A DNA stretch of 64,000 bases, taken from assembly GCA_902561325.1 (NCBI GenBank), contig CACEOL010000001.1:156209-220208 (forward strand), in the 5' to 3' direction. Positions 39,533-48,131 of the stretch are shown one piece after another; positions within the stretch are counted from its first letter, which is position 1; every line of letters starts with the position of its first letter. This DNA comes from an uncultured SAR86 cluster bacterium. Lineage in GTDB: Bacteria; Pseudomonadota; Gammaproteobacteria; Magnimaribacterales; AG-339-G14. Under the pieces are notes generated by a model, which worked only from the letters and a program-made list of their open reading frames with translations, searched no databases and was not told the DNA's origin. Both the position numbers and the translations under genes were made by a program.

Positions 39533-40249
39533 TTAAAATATTTCTAAAGCTTCTTTTAAGTTTATTTTATTTTCATAAAGTGAAACACCACAGATAGCTC
39601 CGATAACATTGGGAATTTTTGAAAGGTTTATTAAATCGTCTATATCTTTTACTCCTCCTGATGCAATAACAGGAAAAGGAGATAGTTTGGCAACTTCGTT
39701 CGTTTCTTCTAAATTTGGCCCGGAAAGCATACCGTCTTTACTGATGTCAGTATAAATAATTGATTTGATAGGCAGCTCTTTATAAGAATTAATCATGTCT
39801 GAGGCTGATAATTTTGAAGCCTCTGTCCATGCTTCTGCGGCTAAAAAACCATTTTTTGCATCGATACCCAATATAATTTTTTTTGGAAAAGTAATACAGG
39901 CTTTCGTAAATAATTCCTTATCTTTTATAGCTATACTTCCTAGAATTACATCGTCAACGCCAGATTTAAAGATTAGATCCAGGGTTTCAAGATCTCTGAC
40001 GCCCCCTCCTAACTGAAGATTCACGTCTGGGAATTTTTCTTTAATCTCTAAAACATATTCTAAGTTTTCTGGTTTACCTGACTTAGCGCCATCTAAGTCA
40101 ACCAAATGAAGTTTTTTTGTTCCTTCTTTTATCCAATGAGTTGCTGCATCAACGGGCCTCTCAAAATAAATTTTAGTTGAGGATAAGTCTCCTTTTTGCA
40201 AACGAACACATTTTCCACTTTGAATATCAATTGCAGGAATTGGTATCAT
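39533..40249 (-). CDS. hisA: ProFAR isomerase
   Basis: 238 aa. Has IPAIDI..GKCVRL and LHLVDLDGA. Confidence 0.95.
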   Translation of the reverse strand: MIPIPAIDIQSGKCVRLQKGDLSSTKIYFERPVDAATHWIKEGTKKLHLVDLDGAKSGKPENLEYVLEIKEKFPDVNLQLGGGVRDLETLDLIFKSGVDDVILGSIAIKDKELFTKACITFPKKIILGIDAKNGFLAAEAWTEASKLSASDMINSYKELPIKSIIYTDISKDGMLSGPNLEETNEVAKLSPFPVIASGGVKDIDDLINLSKIPNVIGAICGVSLYENKINLKEALEIF

Positions 40250-40858
40250 TTAAATTTTCCAATTGATAAAATTTTCTAAAAATTTTAGACCTATAGCTCC
40301 ACTTTTTTCTGGGTGAAATTGAGTAGCAAAAATATTTTCAGTTGCTAATGATGAAACAAACTCTTCCCCATAGTATGTAGTGGTGATACTGGTTTCTGTT
40401 TTGGCAGATACAAAAGAATGCACAAAATAAAAAAACTGCTTATCTTTTATTCCTGAAAATAATTCGTGTTTTTTTTCAATCTTTACATTGTTCCAACCCA
40501 TGTGAGGGATTTTGAGATTTTCATTATTTATATCCTTTATTTTAGTGATGTTTCCATTGATTATGCCCAAGCCTTTCTCTTCGCTTTCTTCGCTAGAATT
40601 AAAGAGAATTTGGAGACCTAAACAAATTCCCAAAAAAGGTTTCGATTTGATTACTTCCAATAAAGGATTGAACATTTCCGTTTCTTTTAATTTTTTTACG
40701 CAAGAGCCCATAGAACCCTGCCCTGGAAAAACAAGCTTATCGATGCCTTTAAATTTATCAGGAGTATCTACTATTGAAACTTTTGAGCCAAGGGATTTAA
40801 GAGCTCTAGCTACTGAATGTATGTTACTTGCTCCATAATCGATTACTCCTAGGCGCAT
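40250..40858 (-). CDS. hisH: Imidazole glycerol phosphate synthase glutaminase subunit
   Basis: 202 aa. Has GICLGLQ, PHMGWN and QFHPEKS. Confidence 0.95.
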   Translation of the reverse strand: MRLGVIDYGASNIHSVARALKSLGSKVSIVDTPDKFKGIDKLVFPGQGSMGSCVKKLKETEMFNPLLEVIKSKPFLGICLGLQILFNSSEESEEKGLGIINGNITKIKDINNENLKIPHMGWNNVKIEKKHELFSGIKDKQFFYFVHSFVSAKTETSITTTYYGEEFVSSLATENIFATQFHPEKSGAIGLKFLENFINWKI

Positions 40859-40863
40859 TAATT

Positions 40864-41463
40864 TTATAACAAGCCTTTTGTGGAAGGGAGAACATCTCCT
40901 TTAGAAGGATCTACCATACATGCGGTCTTGAGAGCCAAAGCAAATGCTTTAAATATAGTTTCAGCTTGGTGATGAGCATTTTCGCCTTTGAGATTATCAA
41001 TATGAACAGTTGCAAGAGCCTTATTAACAAAACCATGGAAAAATTCTTTTAATAAACTTAAATCAAAATCGTTAATCGATTCTTTTGTAAAATTTACGTT
41101 CCAACTTAAACCAGGTCTTCCAGAGAAATCTACAACTACTCTAGATAAAGCCTCATCTAAAGGAGCATATGCTGAGCCAAATCTAAAAATACCTTTTTTA
41201 TCGCCTAGAGCATCATTGAATGCTTCTCCAAGACTAATGCCCACGTCTTCTACTGTGTGGTGAGCATCTACCTCTAAATCCCCTTTTGCATCTAAGTCGA
41301 TATCAAATCCACCATGTTTAGATAGCTGATCAATCATATGAACAAAAAAAGGGAGGTCTGCTTTCAAATTACTCTCTCCTTTGCCATCAAGAGTTAGAGA
41401 AAGCTTGATTTGAGTTTCTTTGGTATTTCTTTCTAATTCAGCTTTACGCATCTTTATCCTCAT
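40864..41463 (-). CDS. hisB: Imidazoleglycerol-phosphate dehydratase
   Basis: Has [19 protein letters not shown] and NAHHQAE. The start may instead be the Met at 41451. Confidence 0.95.
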   Translation of the reverse strand: MRIKMRKAELERNTKETQIKLSLTLDGKGESNLKADLPFFVHMIDQLSKHGGFDIDLDAKGDLEVDAHHTVEDVGISLGEAFNDALGDKKGIFRFGSAYAPLDEALSRVVVDFSGRPGLSWNVNFTKESINDFDLSLLKEFFHGFVNKALATVHIDNLKGENAHHQAETIFKAFALALKTACMVDPSKGDVLPSTKGLL

Positions 41464-41507
41464 TCAAAAAGACATTATAACGGACAGAAATCAGTAAAAT
41501 AATAAAC

Positions 41508-42521
41508 ATGAATCAATTTTCAAAAAAAATTATTGATTGGCAAAAAAGCCAAGGAAGAAATAATCTTCCATGGCAAAAAAAAAGTGCGTATGAAGTTTGG
41601 ATTTCTGAAATTATGCTCCAACAGACGCAAGTTGAAACTGTAATTCCATACTATGAGGCATTCATTAAAACTTTTCCTGAAATACAAATTCTGGCCAAGA
41701 GCTCTAGAGAAGAGGTTATGAGTTTGTGGAGTGGCCTGGGGTATTACTCTAGAGCAAGAAATATTCATAAAACTGCAAAAATAATCTTGAATGAATACAG
41801 GGGAAAATTTCCTCAAGATTTTAAAAGTTTAGTTGAACTACCTGGTATAGGCCCTTCTACAGCAGGAGCAATCCTATCCCTTGCATTTGAGTTGCCTGGA
41901 GTTATTTTAGATGGGAACGTAAAAAGAGTGATTGCTAGGTTTAAAGGCATTACTAATCCAATAGATAACAATGAGACTCAAAAAGAGCTAAAAAGTTTTG
42001 CAGATGCGTTTTTACCAAAAAATTCATTCAGAGAGTATTCTCAAGGAATAATGGATTTAGGCTCCTTGTTGTGCAGGCCAAAAAATCCTGAATGTAATGA
42101 CTGTCCGATACGTAAAAACTGCAAGGCTTTAAAGTCAGGCATTCAAGAAAAAATTCCTTTTAAGATGCCTTCAAAACCAAAAAAAGAAAAAAAGATTGAT
42201 TGGTTATTGATATCTTCGAAAAATAAAATATTGCTCAAGCGAAATGATAACAAAGGCATCTGGAAAAATTTATGGCTTTTTCCTGATAAAGATATTTTGA
42301 GTAAAGATAATATTTCTTTGCTGGAAAAAAAAGAATCGCTTCCTGATATTATTCATAATTTATCGCATCGGAAACTAAATATCTCAACGGTCAAATACAA
42401 ATTAAAAAACAAAGATAGATTAAAGATAGATAGATCTAGCTCAGTTTGGGTTAGCAAAGCAGATTCAGTTAAAATGGGAATGCCAAAACCAATTAAAGAA
42501 ATTATAGAAAATTATTTATGA
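41508..42521 (+). CDS. mutY: A/G-specific adenine DNA glycosylase
   Basis: 337 aa. Has LPWQK..YEVWISEIMLQQTQV, LPGIGPSTAGAI, the [4Fe-4S] cluster loop CRPKNPECNDCPIRKNC, and a NUDIX-like C-terminus. Confidence 0.9.
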   Translation: MNQFSKKIIDWQKSQGRNNLPWQKKSAYEVWISEIMLQQTQVETVIPYYEAFIKTFPEIQILAKSSREEVMSLWSGLGYYSRARNIHKTAKIILNEYRGKFPQDFKSLVELPGIGPSTAGAILSLAFELPGVILDGNVKRVIARFKGITNPIDNNETQKELKSFADAFLPKNSFREYSQGIMDLGSLLCRPKNPECNDCPIRKNCKALKSGIQEKIPFKMPSKPKKEKKIDWLLISSKNKILLKRNDNKGIWKNLWLFPDKDILSKDNISLLEKKESLPDIIHNLSHRKLNISTVKYKLKNKDRLKIDRSSSVWVSKADSVKMGMPKPIKEIIENYL

Positions 42522-42787
42522 AAACTGTTTTTTGCAGAAAATATAAAAAGGATTTGCCTAAGATGGACAGAGCGCCATTTCCGGGAGAAAGAGGTGAGGA
42601 AATTTTTTCAAGTGTATCAAAACAAGCTTGGATGGAATGGCTTCAACAGCAAACAATGCTTGTTAATGAAAAGCAATTAGACTTATCAAAAAAAGAGTCC
42701 AGAGATTATCTCAGTCAGCAACTTGAAAACTTTTTAAATAACGAATCTTTCGATAAAGCTGAAGGTTTTGTCCCTTTAGATAAATGA
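42518..42787 (+). CDS. yggX: Fe(2+)-trafficking / oxidative-damage protection protein YggX
   Basis: 89 aa. Has VFC.KY...LP.MD.APFPG and W..W. The mutY-yggX pairing is conserved. Confidence 0.85.
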   Translation: MKTVFCRKYKKDLPKMDRAPFPGERGEEIFSSVSKQAWMEWLQQQTMLVNEKQLDLSKKESRDYLSQQLENFLNNESFDKAEGFVPLDK

Positions 42788-42830
42788 CTTTATTAGCTTA
42801 CTAAATATCTATAGAATTTGAATTCTTTTT

Positions 42831-42906
42831 GCCCAGATAGCTCAGTCGGTAGAGCAAAGGACTGAAAATCCTTGTGTCGGTGGTTCGATTCCACCTCTGG
42901 GCACCA
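42831..42906 (+). tRNA. tRNA-Phe (GAA), CCA encoded
   Basis: GCCCAGATAGCTCAGTCGGTAGAGCAAAGGACTGAAAATCCTTGTGTCGGTGGTTCGATTCCACCTCTGGGCACCA. Acceptor stem is GCCCAGA/TCTGGGC and the anticodon loop is CT-GAA-AA. Near-identical in layout to E. coli tRNA-Phe. Confidence 0.95.
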
Positions 42907-43034
42907 CTAAATTTATTTATTTTATGAAACTATAATTTCTAGATTTTATAGTTGAAAAAAATTCATAATAATTTCCTTAAAATCTACAAATTGGCATTTA
43001 AATAAGTTAAATTAAGCCCTCATTGGGAGTAAAA

Positions 43035-43943
43035 ATGAAAAAATTATTAATAGTAATTGCTATGGTATTTTCTGGATTAATTTTCAGCCAAAACTTACCA
43101 ATCATTGCAGTGACAGAAATACAATCTTCAGTAGATAGTAAATATTGGAGAGACTATAAAAATTCAAAATCTAATAATTTCCAAAATATGCTGGAAACTC
43201 AACTTGTGAAAGTTGGGAGATTTAAAATCATGGAAAGAAACAGAATAGATGAGGTTTTATCTGAGCAAGCCTTACAAGGAGAATTTTCTGGCTCAGGAAC
43301 CAATATGGCTATGGGAGCAGTAGATTATATTGTTTATGGATCTGTTACCAAATTTGGGAAAAAAGAAAAAGTTATTCAAACCAATAAGTTTTCATCGGTA
43401 AAAATAATTACTGAATTTGGTATTGACTTAAAAGTAGTAAGTGCCTTGGATGGAGAAGTAAGAAGAGCAGAAGCCGTAAATGTTGTTCTGGAGACAGCAT
43501 CAGGTATGTCTACTGGTAAAGTTGCTACTGGGGATGCCGCAGCTGATCCATTAGCAGATGTTCAAAGAAGAGCTGCAAAAAAGGTTGCAGCTGCAATTGC
43601 CGAAAGTATTTTTCCAATTGGAGTCATTACCTTTAGAGATAATGAAGCTTATCTGAATTACGGTGAAGCAATTTTGACAGTTGGTGATAGATTAAAAGTA
43701 ATTCAGCCTGGAGAAGAGCTTATTGATGAAGCTACAGGGTTGAACTTAGGAGCTACCGAAACAGTTATTGGAACTGTAGAAGTCACTGAAGCTTTAGAAA
43801 AGTTTTCAAAAGCTAAGGTGATACGTGGGGGTAACCCAGGGAAAGGTATGCAAGCAAGAATTATCAAGGATGCTAGTTCTGGTTCAGGCGGAAGCCGTTC
43901 AGGTCCTCAAAATCAAAGACAACCGCTAGGGAGACAAATATGA
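43035..43943 (+). CDS. Secreted CsgG/HfaB-fold protein, paralogue 1, with an extra C-terminal beta-rich domain and a Gly/Ser/Gln tail
   Basis: ATG at 43035, 6 nt after the GGGAG RBS. Signal peptide with no lipobox Cys. Contains a CsgG-like core: FKIMERNRIDEVLSEQALQ, VDYIVYGSVTKFG, IDLKVVSALDGEV and ADPLADVQRRAAKKVAAAIAESIFP. Confidence 0.6.
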   Translation: MKKLLIVIAMVFSGLIFSQNLPIIAVTEIQSSVDSKYWRDYKNSKSNNFQNMLETQLVKVGRFKIMERNRIDEVLSEQALQGEFSGSGTNMAMGAVDYIVYGSVTKFGKKEKVIQTNKFSSVKIITEFGIDLKVVSALDGEVRRAEAVNVVLETASGMSTGKVATGDAAADPLADVQRRAAKKVAAAIAESIFPIGVITFRDNEAYLNYGEAILTVGDRLKVIQPGEELIDEATGLNLGATETVIGTVEVTEALEKFSKAKVIRGGNPGKGMQARIIKDASSGSGGSRSGPQNQRQPLGRQI

Positions 43944-44854
43944 AAAAAATTATTAAATCTTTTTCACTTATTCTATTCTTTTTTGCTTTAAGCATAAGTG
44001 CACAAAGCAACAAACCAGTAATAGGTGTGGGTGAAATACAAACTACCATTGGTGGCAATCCTTTGACGTATGCACAAATGTTGGAAACTGCCTTATCTCA
44101 AACAAATAAATTCGAGATTATTGAAAGAGCTCGTATGGATGATTTGTTAGGAGAACAGGCTCTTGCTGCTGGTGGCCTTACGCAGGGATCAGGCCAAATC
44201 GGAGGTTTATCTGGTGTTGATTACTTAGTTTACGGAACCATTACCAAATTAGGTAAAGAAGGAGAAGCCGTGAGTTTTGGTGGAATTGGTGGAGGCAGCT
44301 CTAAAACAACTATGTCAGTTGATATTAAAGTTGTAGATGCTAGAACAGGTTCTGTAAGAATATCTAAAACTGTCGAAAGAACGGCTAAGGGTGCTATGGC
44401 TATATCTCTGGGAGATATTCAAACTGCTAATGAAGAAGCAGATCCTTTAGGAGAAGTCCAAAGAATGACAGCAAACGCAGTTGCATCTCTAATTGCTCAG
44501 GAAATTTTTCCAATAAAAATTATCAATGTTGCTAAAGGACAGGCTTATGTAAATTACGGCCCTCCTAATGTTTATCCAGGTCTTTATTTAAAAGTTGTAG
44601 AGCTTGGCGGAGGCTTTGTTGATCCTGATACTGGAGAAACCTTAGGTGCTGAAGAAACGTATATCGGAGCAATTAAAATTACAGATTCTAAATCTAAGTT
44701 TTCTATTGGAACAATTTTAGAAGGATCATTATCAAATGGAATGATTGCCTCAGTACTAGATAAAAAAGATGGTAAGAAAGCTGAAAGTGGTTATAGAAAA
44801 GTTTGTAAAAAAGCTAAAAACTGCCTAGACGCTACTTTTAAAAAGAAGTATTGA
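43940..44854 (+). CDS. Secreted CsgG/HfaB-fold protein, paralogue 2, with an extra C-terminal domain and a basic Cys-containing tail
   Basis: ATGA overlap with paralogue 1. Same block order: FEIIERARMDDLLGEQALA, VDYLVYGTITKLG, VDIKVVDARTGSV and ADPLGEVQRMTANAVASLIAQEIFP. The tail is KVCKKAKNCLDATFKKKY. Confidence 0.6.
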   Translation: MKKIIKSFSLILFFFALSISAQSNKPVIGVGEIQTTIGGNPLTYAQMLETALSQTNKFEIIERARMDDLLGEQALAAGGLTQGSGQIGGLSGVDYLVYGTITKLGKEGEAVSFGGIGGGSSKTTMSVDIKVVDARTGSVRISKTVERTAKGAMAISLGDIQTANEEADPLGEVQRMTANAVASLIAQEIFPIKIINVAKGQAYVNYGPPNVYPGLYLKVVELGGGFVDPDTGETLGAEETYIGAIKITDSKSKFSIGTILEGSLSNGMIASVLDKKDGKKAESGYRKVCKKAKNCLDATFKKKY

Positions 44855-45093
44855 ATCTTAAAAGCATAGTTTTTATCTTACTTTTGGTAGGAACTTTATT
44901 CTGGGGGCTAATTAATTCTGCGAGTTTTATATCTCTATACTTTATAGAAGACATTCAAAATGCGTTTGAAATTGATTTGTTCCCAGATAATTTAGCCGAA
45001 TACTTAAACTCTTATCTTTTCTTAAAAATTATATTTGCTTGGTTTCCATTTGCGTTTATTTTCTTTCTTTACTATTTTCAAAAGAAAAATTAA
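44851..45093 (+). CDS. Small (80 aa) two-TM membrane protein, possibly coupled to the CsgG-like pair
   Basis: TTG start in a TTGA overlap with the upstream stop. Two hydrophobic stretches (IVFILLLVGTLFWGLI and IIFAWFPFAFIFFLYYF). No homologue recognised and no internal Met. Confidence 0.4.
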   Translation: MNLKSIVFILLLVGTLFWGLINSASFISLYFIEDIQNAFEIDLFPDNLAEYLNSYLFLKIIFAWFPFAFIFFLYYFQKKN

Positions 45094-45118
45094 AGACATA
45101 GACAATAATTTAAAATCT

Positions 45119-45505
45119 TTAATGGTCTAAAAATCTAATTTTTAGAAAATAAAAGGTTATGGCAGCTGCCATAAACTCAAAAATCATAAAAAATACAAAA
45201 ATCATATCTGGCATTCCATCTAGAATTAAACTGAGTGCTCTTCCAAGGCCAATCCCAAACATAAAGACAAACATGCACCATAAAGCTGGAGTCGTTAGAC
45301 TTTTGTTAAAAGCTCCAGAAATCCATAAAAGTACACAGCCAATATATAGACCCATTACAGCTCTAAAGATATTGGATAAGTTTTTGTCTGCTACTTCTAT
45401 TCCATAAAGAATTGGTAAAAACTCTTTTGGATTTAATCCGTATCCCAAAGCAGCGGGGAATACTCCAAGAGAGATGAATAATAAAAAATATGATTCTTTA
45501 GTCAT
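45119..45505 (-). CDS. Four-TM membrane protein, DUF4345-like
   Basis: 128 aa with four hydrophobic helices. The family assignment is from memory of the DUF4345 pattern only. Confidence 0.45.
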   Translation of the reverse strand: MTKESYFLLFISLGVFPAALGYGLNPKEFLPILYGIEVADKNLSNIFRAVMGLYIGCVLLWISGAFNKSLTTPALWCMFVFMFGIGLGRALSLILDGMPDMIFVFFMIFEFMAAAITFYFLKIRFLDH

Positions 45506-45605
45506 GGTTACCTTTTACGTTTGATTTTTTAAAAATTAGTATAGTTACCTAATAAATAATAAAACTTTTCTGCAATGTGTGCGCGTCCTTGTGTAATATT
45601 TGTCT

Positions 45606-46832
45606 ATGTCTGAAAAATTTCTTTTAGAAGGTTTAAAAGTTATTGATGCGGGAAGTTTTATCGCAGGGCCAGTATCAACAACAATTCTTTCTGATTTTGG
45701 TGCAGAAGTTATTAAGATTGAACCACCAAAGATTGGTGATAGTTTAAGACACCTAATTTCTAGAACAAAAAGAGTCAATCCGATTTCTGATAAAGATTAT
45801 TGTTGGCATTTAACTTCAAGAAATAAAAAAAGTTTGGCCTTAAATCTAGGAGAGCCAAAGGGACAAAAGATTTTGCAAGAACTGGTAAAAGTTTCTGACG
45901 TATTTGTAACCAACATGCCAAAAAGAATAAGGGATAAATTAAAAATTAATGCCTCGGACTTACTTCCTTTAAATGAGAGACTAATTTATGGATCTTTGAC
46001 AGGCTATGGTGAAGATGGTCCTGACTCGCACAGAACTGCCTTTGATACCATGGCTTGGTGGGCTCGGAGTGGCTTGATGGATATCGTAAGACCATCAGAT
46101 AATTCTACTCCTGGGATGCCGCCTATAGGTATGGGAGATCAGCCTACTGGAGTGTCTTTATTTGCGAGTATCATGACAGCTCTTTACAGAAGAGAAAAAA
46201 CAGGCAAAGGTGGAGAAGTAAATACATCCTTGATGGCAAATGGTGCATGGTCAAATGGTTCTTTCATTCAGGCAGCGCTTTTTGATGCTGATTTTCCAGA
46301 GAGAAAGACTGAAATTACTCCTCACCCTTTTGGTGGACGATATGAAACTAAGGATGGTAGATATCTTTTATTAGCCATCATTGACGCTGCTAAAGAATGG
46401 CCAAAATTATTAAAAGCTCTCGATATAGAATATTTAAATGGTGAAGAAAGATTTTCATCCTTTCAGAAAATGAACGAAAATCATCAAGAGCTTTATAAGG
46501 AACTTGAAAAAATCTTTAAGCAATATAACTTGAATGAAATAGTTGAAAAATTAAGATTCTCTGAGGTTACCTTTGGTATTCTTAGTAAATCTACGGATCA
46601 TAAAAAAGACGAACAATTTCTCAAAAGTGAGGTGTTGGTTAACTTTTCGAAGGAAAGTTTTGAAACAGAGAACCTAACAGTTAATAGCCCAGTATTTCTT
46701 AAAGATGAACCCAAAAAAACTCCCTCCAGAGGTCCTGACTTAGGAGAACATTCCAAAGAAATTCTTTCTGGCATTGGTATAAATTCAAAAGAACTCGATA
46801 AACTTAAAGAAGACGGGATTATAGATTTCTAA
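45606..46832 (+). CDS. Family III CoA-transferase (CaiB/BaiF type)
   Basis: Has LEGLKVIDAGSFIAGP, VIKIEPP and DVFVTN. ATG at 45606 is preferred over TTG at 45600. Confidence 0.85.
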   Translation: MSEKFLLEGLKVIDAGSFIAGPVSTTILSDFGAEVIKIEPPKIGDSLRHLISRTKRVNPISDKDYCWHLTSRNKKSLALNLGEPKGQKILQELVKVSDVFVTNMPKRIRDKLKINASDLLPLNERLIYGSLTGYGEDGPDSHRTAFDTMAWWARSGLMDIVRPSDNSTPGMPPIGMGDQPTGVSLFASIMTALYRREKTGKGGEVNTSLMANGAWSNGSFIQAALFDADFPERKTEITPHPFGGRYETKDGRYLLLAIIDAAKEWPKLLKALDIEYLNGEERFSSFQKMNENHQELYKELEKIFKQYNLNEIVEKLRFSEVTFGILSKSTDHKKDEQFLKSEVLVNFSKESFETENLTVNSPVFLKDEPKKTPSRGPDLGEHSKEILSGIGINSKELDKLKEDGIIDF

Positions 46833-46891
46833 AAATTAGAGAAAGTAACTTTAAAAAAAACTAGAATATAATACTCAACACAGGGGAAATA

Positions 46892-47419
46892 ATGAGAACA
46901 ATAGAAAATCTATTAGAGGGCTTAATTTACGCCAGTAGATGGCTTTTAGCGCCCATTTATATGATTTTGTGTCTTTGCTTGGCACTGATCGCCATAACTA
47001 CAATTCAACACTTTATTCAATATGCTCCGGGTTTGATGAGTATGAAGTTAAAGGAAGTTCTTTTATTTGTACTGCAAGTAGTAGATTTAGCTTTAATAGC
47101 TAACCTTGTCGTGATGATTATTTTTTCTGGTTACGAAAATTTTATTTCTAAAATTGACGTAGCAAAAGGTGACAGAGATAGGCCGGATTGGATGGGCTCA
47201 GTCGATTTTAGTGATTTAAAAATAAAATTAGTTGCTTCAATTTTAGCTATATCTGGAATTGGATTACTTGAAACGTTTCTTAAAATTGCAGGCTCCGGTG
47301 ACGTTGCGGTGAGTGAGGTAGAGATTAAGTGGATGGTTATCATTCATATCATTTTCATAATCTCTGGATTGCTCTTAGCGATGATGGATTATGTAGCCCA
47401 TCGAAGCAGCAAACATTAA
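46892..47419 (+). CDS. yqhA: UPF0114 (YqhA-family) membrane protein
   Basis: 175 aa. Has IENLLEGLIYASRWLLAPIY and SGYENF. Confidence 0.7.
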   Translation: MRTIENLLEGLIYASRWLLAPIYMILCLCLALIAITTIQHFIQYAPGLMSMKLKEVLLFVLQVVDLALIANLVVMIIFSGYENFISKIDVAKGDRDRPDWMGSVDFSDLKIKLVASILAISGIGLLETFLKIAGSGDVAVSEVEIKWMVIIHIIFIISGLLLAMMDYVAHRSSKH

Positions 47420-47422
47420 ATT

Positions 47423-48058
47423 TTAAAAATATCTTTTTGCTAAAAGCCAAAAAAAGAAAGGTATTAGCGCAATACCTATGAATGCTATTGAGGCAGATTG
47501 GTTGGTAAGGGCTGCTGTTCCTATGGAGGCGTAAACTACTGAAATTAATAAATTACTGACAATCATTACCGTTAGAAAAGTACTCCATTTCATGCCGGCT
47601 AAACCAGCAGCTACAGTTGAAATTTCTGCTAGAGCTGGAGCGGGTCTCGCAATCAATAAAATACTGACACCAAATTTTTTTGCTACCTCTTCTGATCTTT
47701 CTAAATCTTCTTGACTGAGTATTTTTTTTGCTAAGGGTTTGGCAGCGTACTTTCCAATAGCAAACCCAATTATCGAGCCCAAAGTAAGCCCTATCCATAT
47801 AATAGGTATGGATAAATAAAATCCTAGAATGGCTCCAGCAAAAGTATTGGTAACGCCATTTGGAATAGGCAAAAAAACATCAGCTGCCAATGCGAAAATA
47901 ACCAAAATAGAGTTTAAAAATTGGTTTTTTCCACTCCATTCAATAAACTCATTTGTTAAGTCAGCCATAGATGATTCAAGTAATGACAAGGGTAATATGA
48001 TGGAGGTCAAAACAATTAAGATAAAACCGATGATTTTTAAGAAAGTATAGATATTCAT
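47423..48058 (-). CDS. TVP38/TMEM64 (DedA/SNARE-associated) family membrane protein
   Basis: 211 aa, multi-TM. Has PIPNGVTNTFAGAILG and ARPAPALAEI. Confidence 0.65.
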   Translation of the reverse strand: MNIYTFLKIIGFILIVLTSIILPLSLLESSMADLTNEFIEWSGKNQFLNSILVIFALAADVFLPIPNGVTNTFAGAILGFYLSIPIIWIGLTLGSIIGFAIGKYAAKPLAKKILSQEDLERSEEVAKKFGVSILLIARPAPALAEISTVAAGLAGMKWSTFLTVMIVSNLLISVVYASIGTAALTNQSASIAFIGIALIPFFFWLLAKRYF

Positions 48059-48131
48059 TACTTTTTATTACATTTTATATCTTTGTCCTATAGGAAAAAA
48101 TTAAATTTAAGATTTTTATGAATGTTAAGAT

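Noticed and set aside
42928-42953. Hairpin AACTATAA-N10-TTATAGTT after tRNA-Phe as a terminator
   Set aside because: The 8-bp stem is all A/T except one G-C pair, and it is followed by an A-run rather than a T-run on the tRNA strand. It is too weak to call.
42991-43007. Possible sigma54 promoter TTGGCATTTAAATAAGT upstream of the CsgG-like pair
   Set aside because: It has a good -24 TGGCA element, but the -12 GC dinucleotide is absent at the required spacing (TAAGT instead of TTGCA).
42907-45118. tRNA-Phe-flanked genomic island or integrative element
   Set aside because: There is no integrase, excisionase or transposase gene. I could not find a direct repeat of the tRNA 3' end (GGTTCGATTCCACCTCTGGGCACCA) downstream by eye. 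Gene content changes character at the tRNA, but mobility is unsupported. A computational repeat search is needed for certainty.
45545-45778. 77-aa minus-strand ORF spanning the CoA-transferase start region
   Set aside because: It is antisense to the conserved N-terminus (LEGLKVIDAGSFIAGP) of the CoA-transferase, and I see no RBS or homology.
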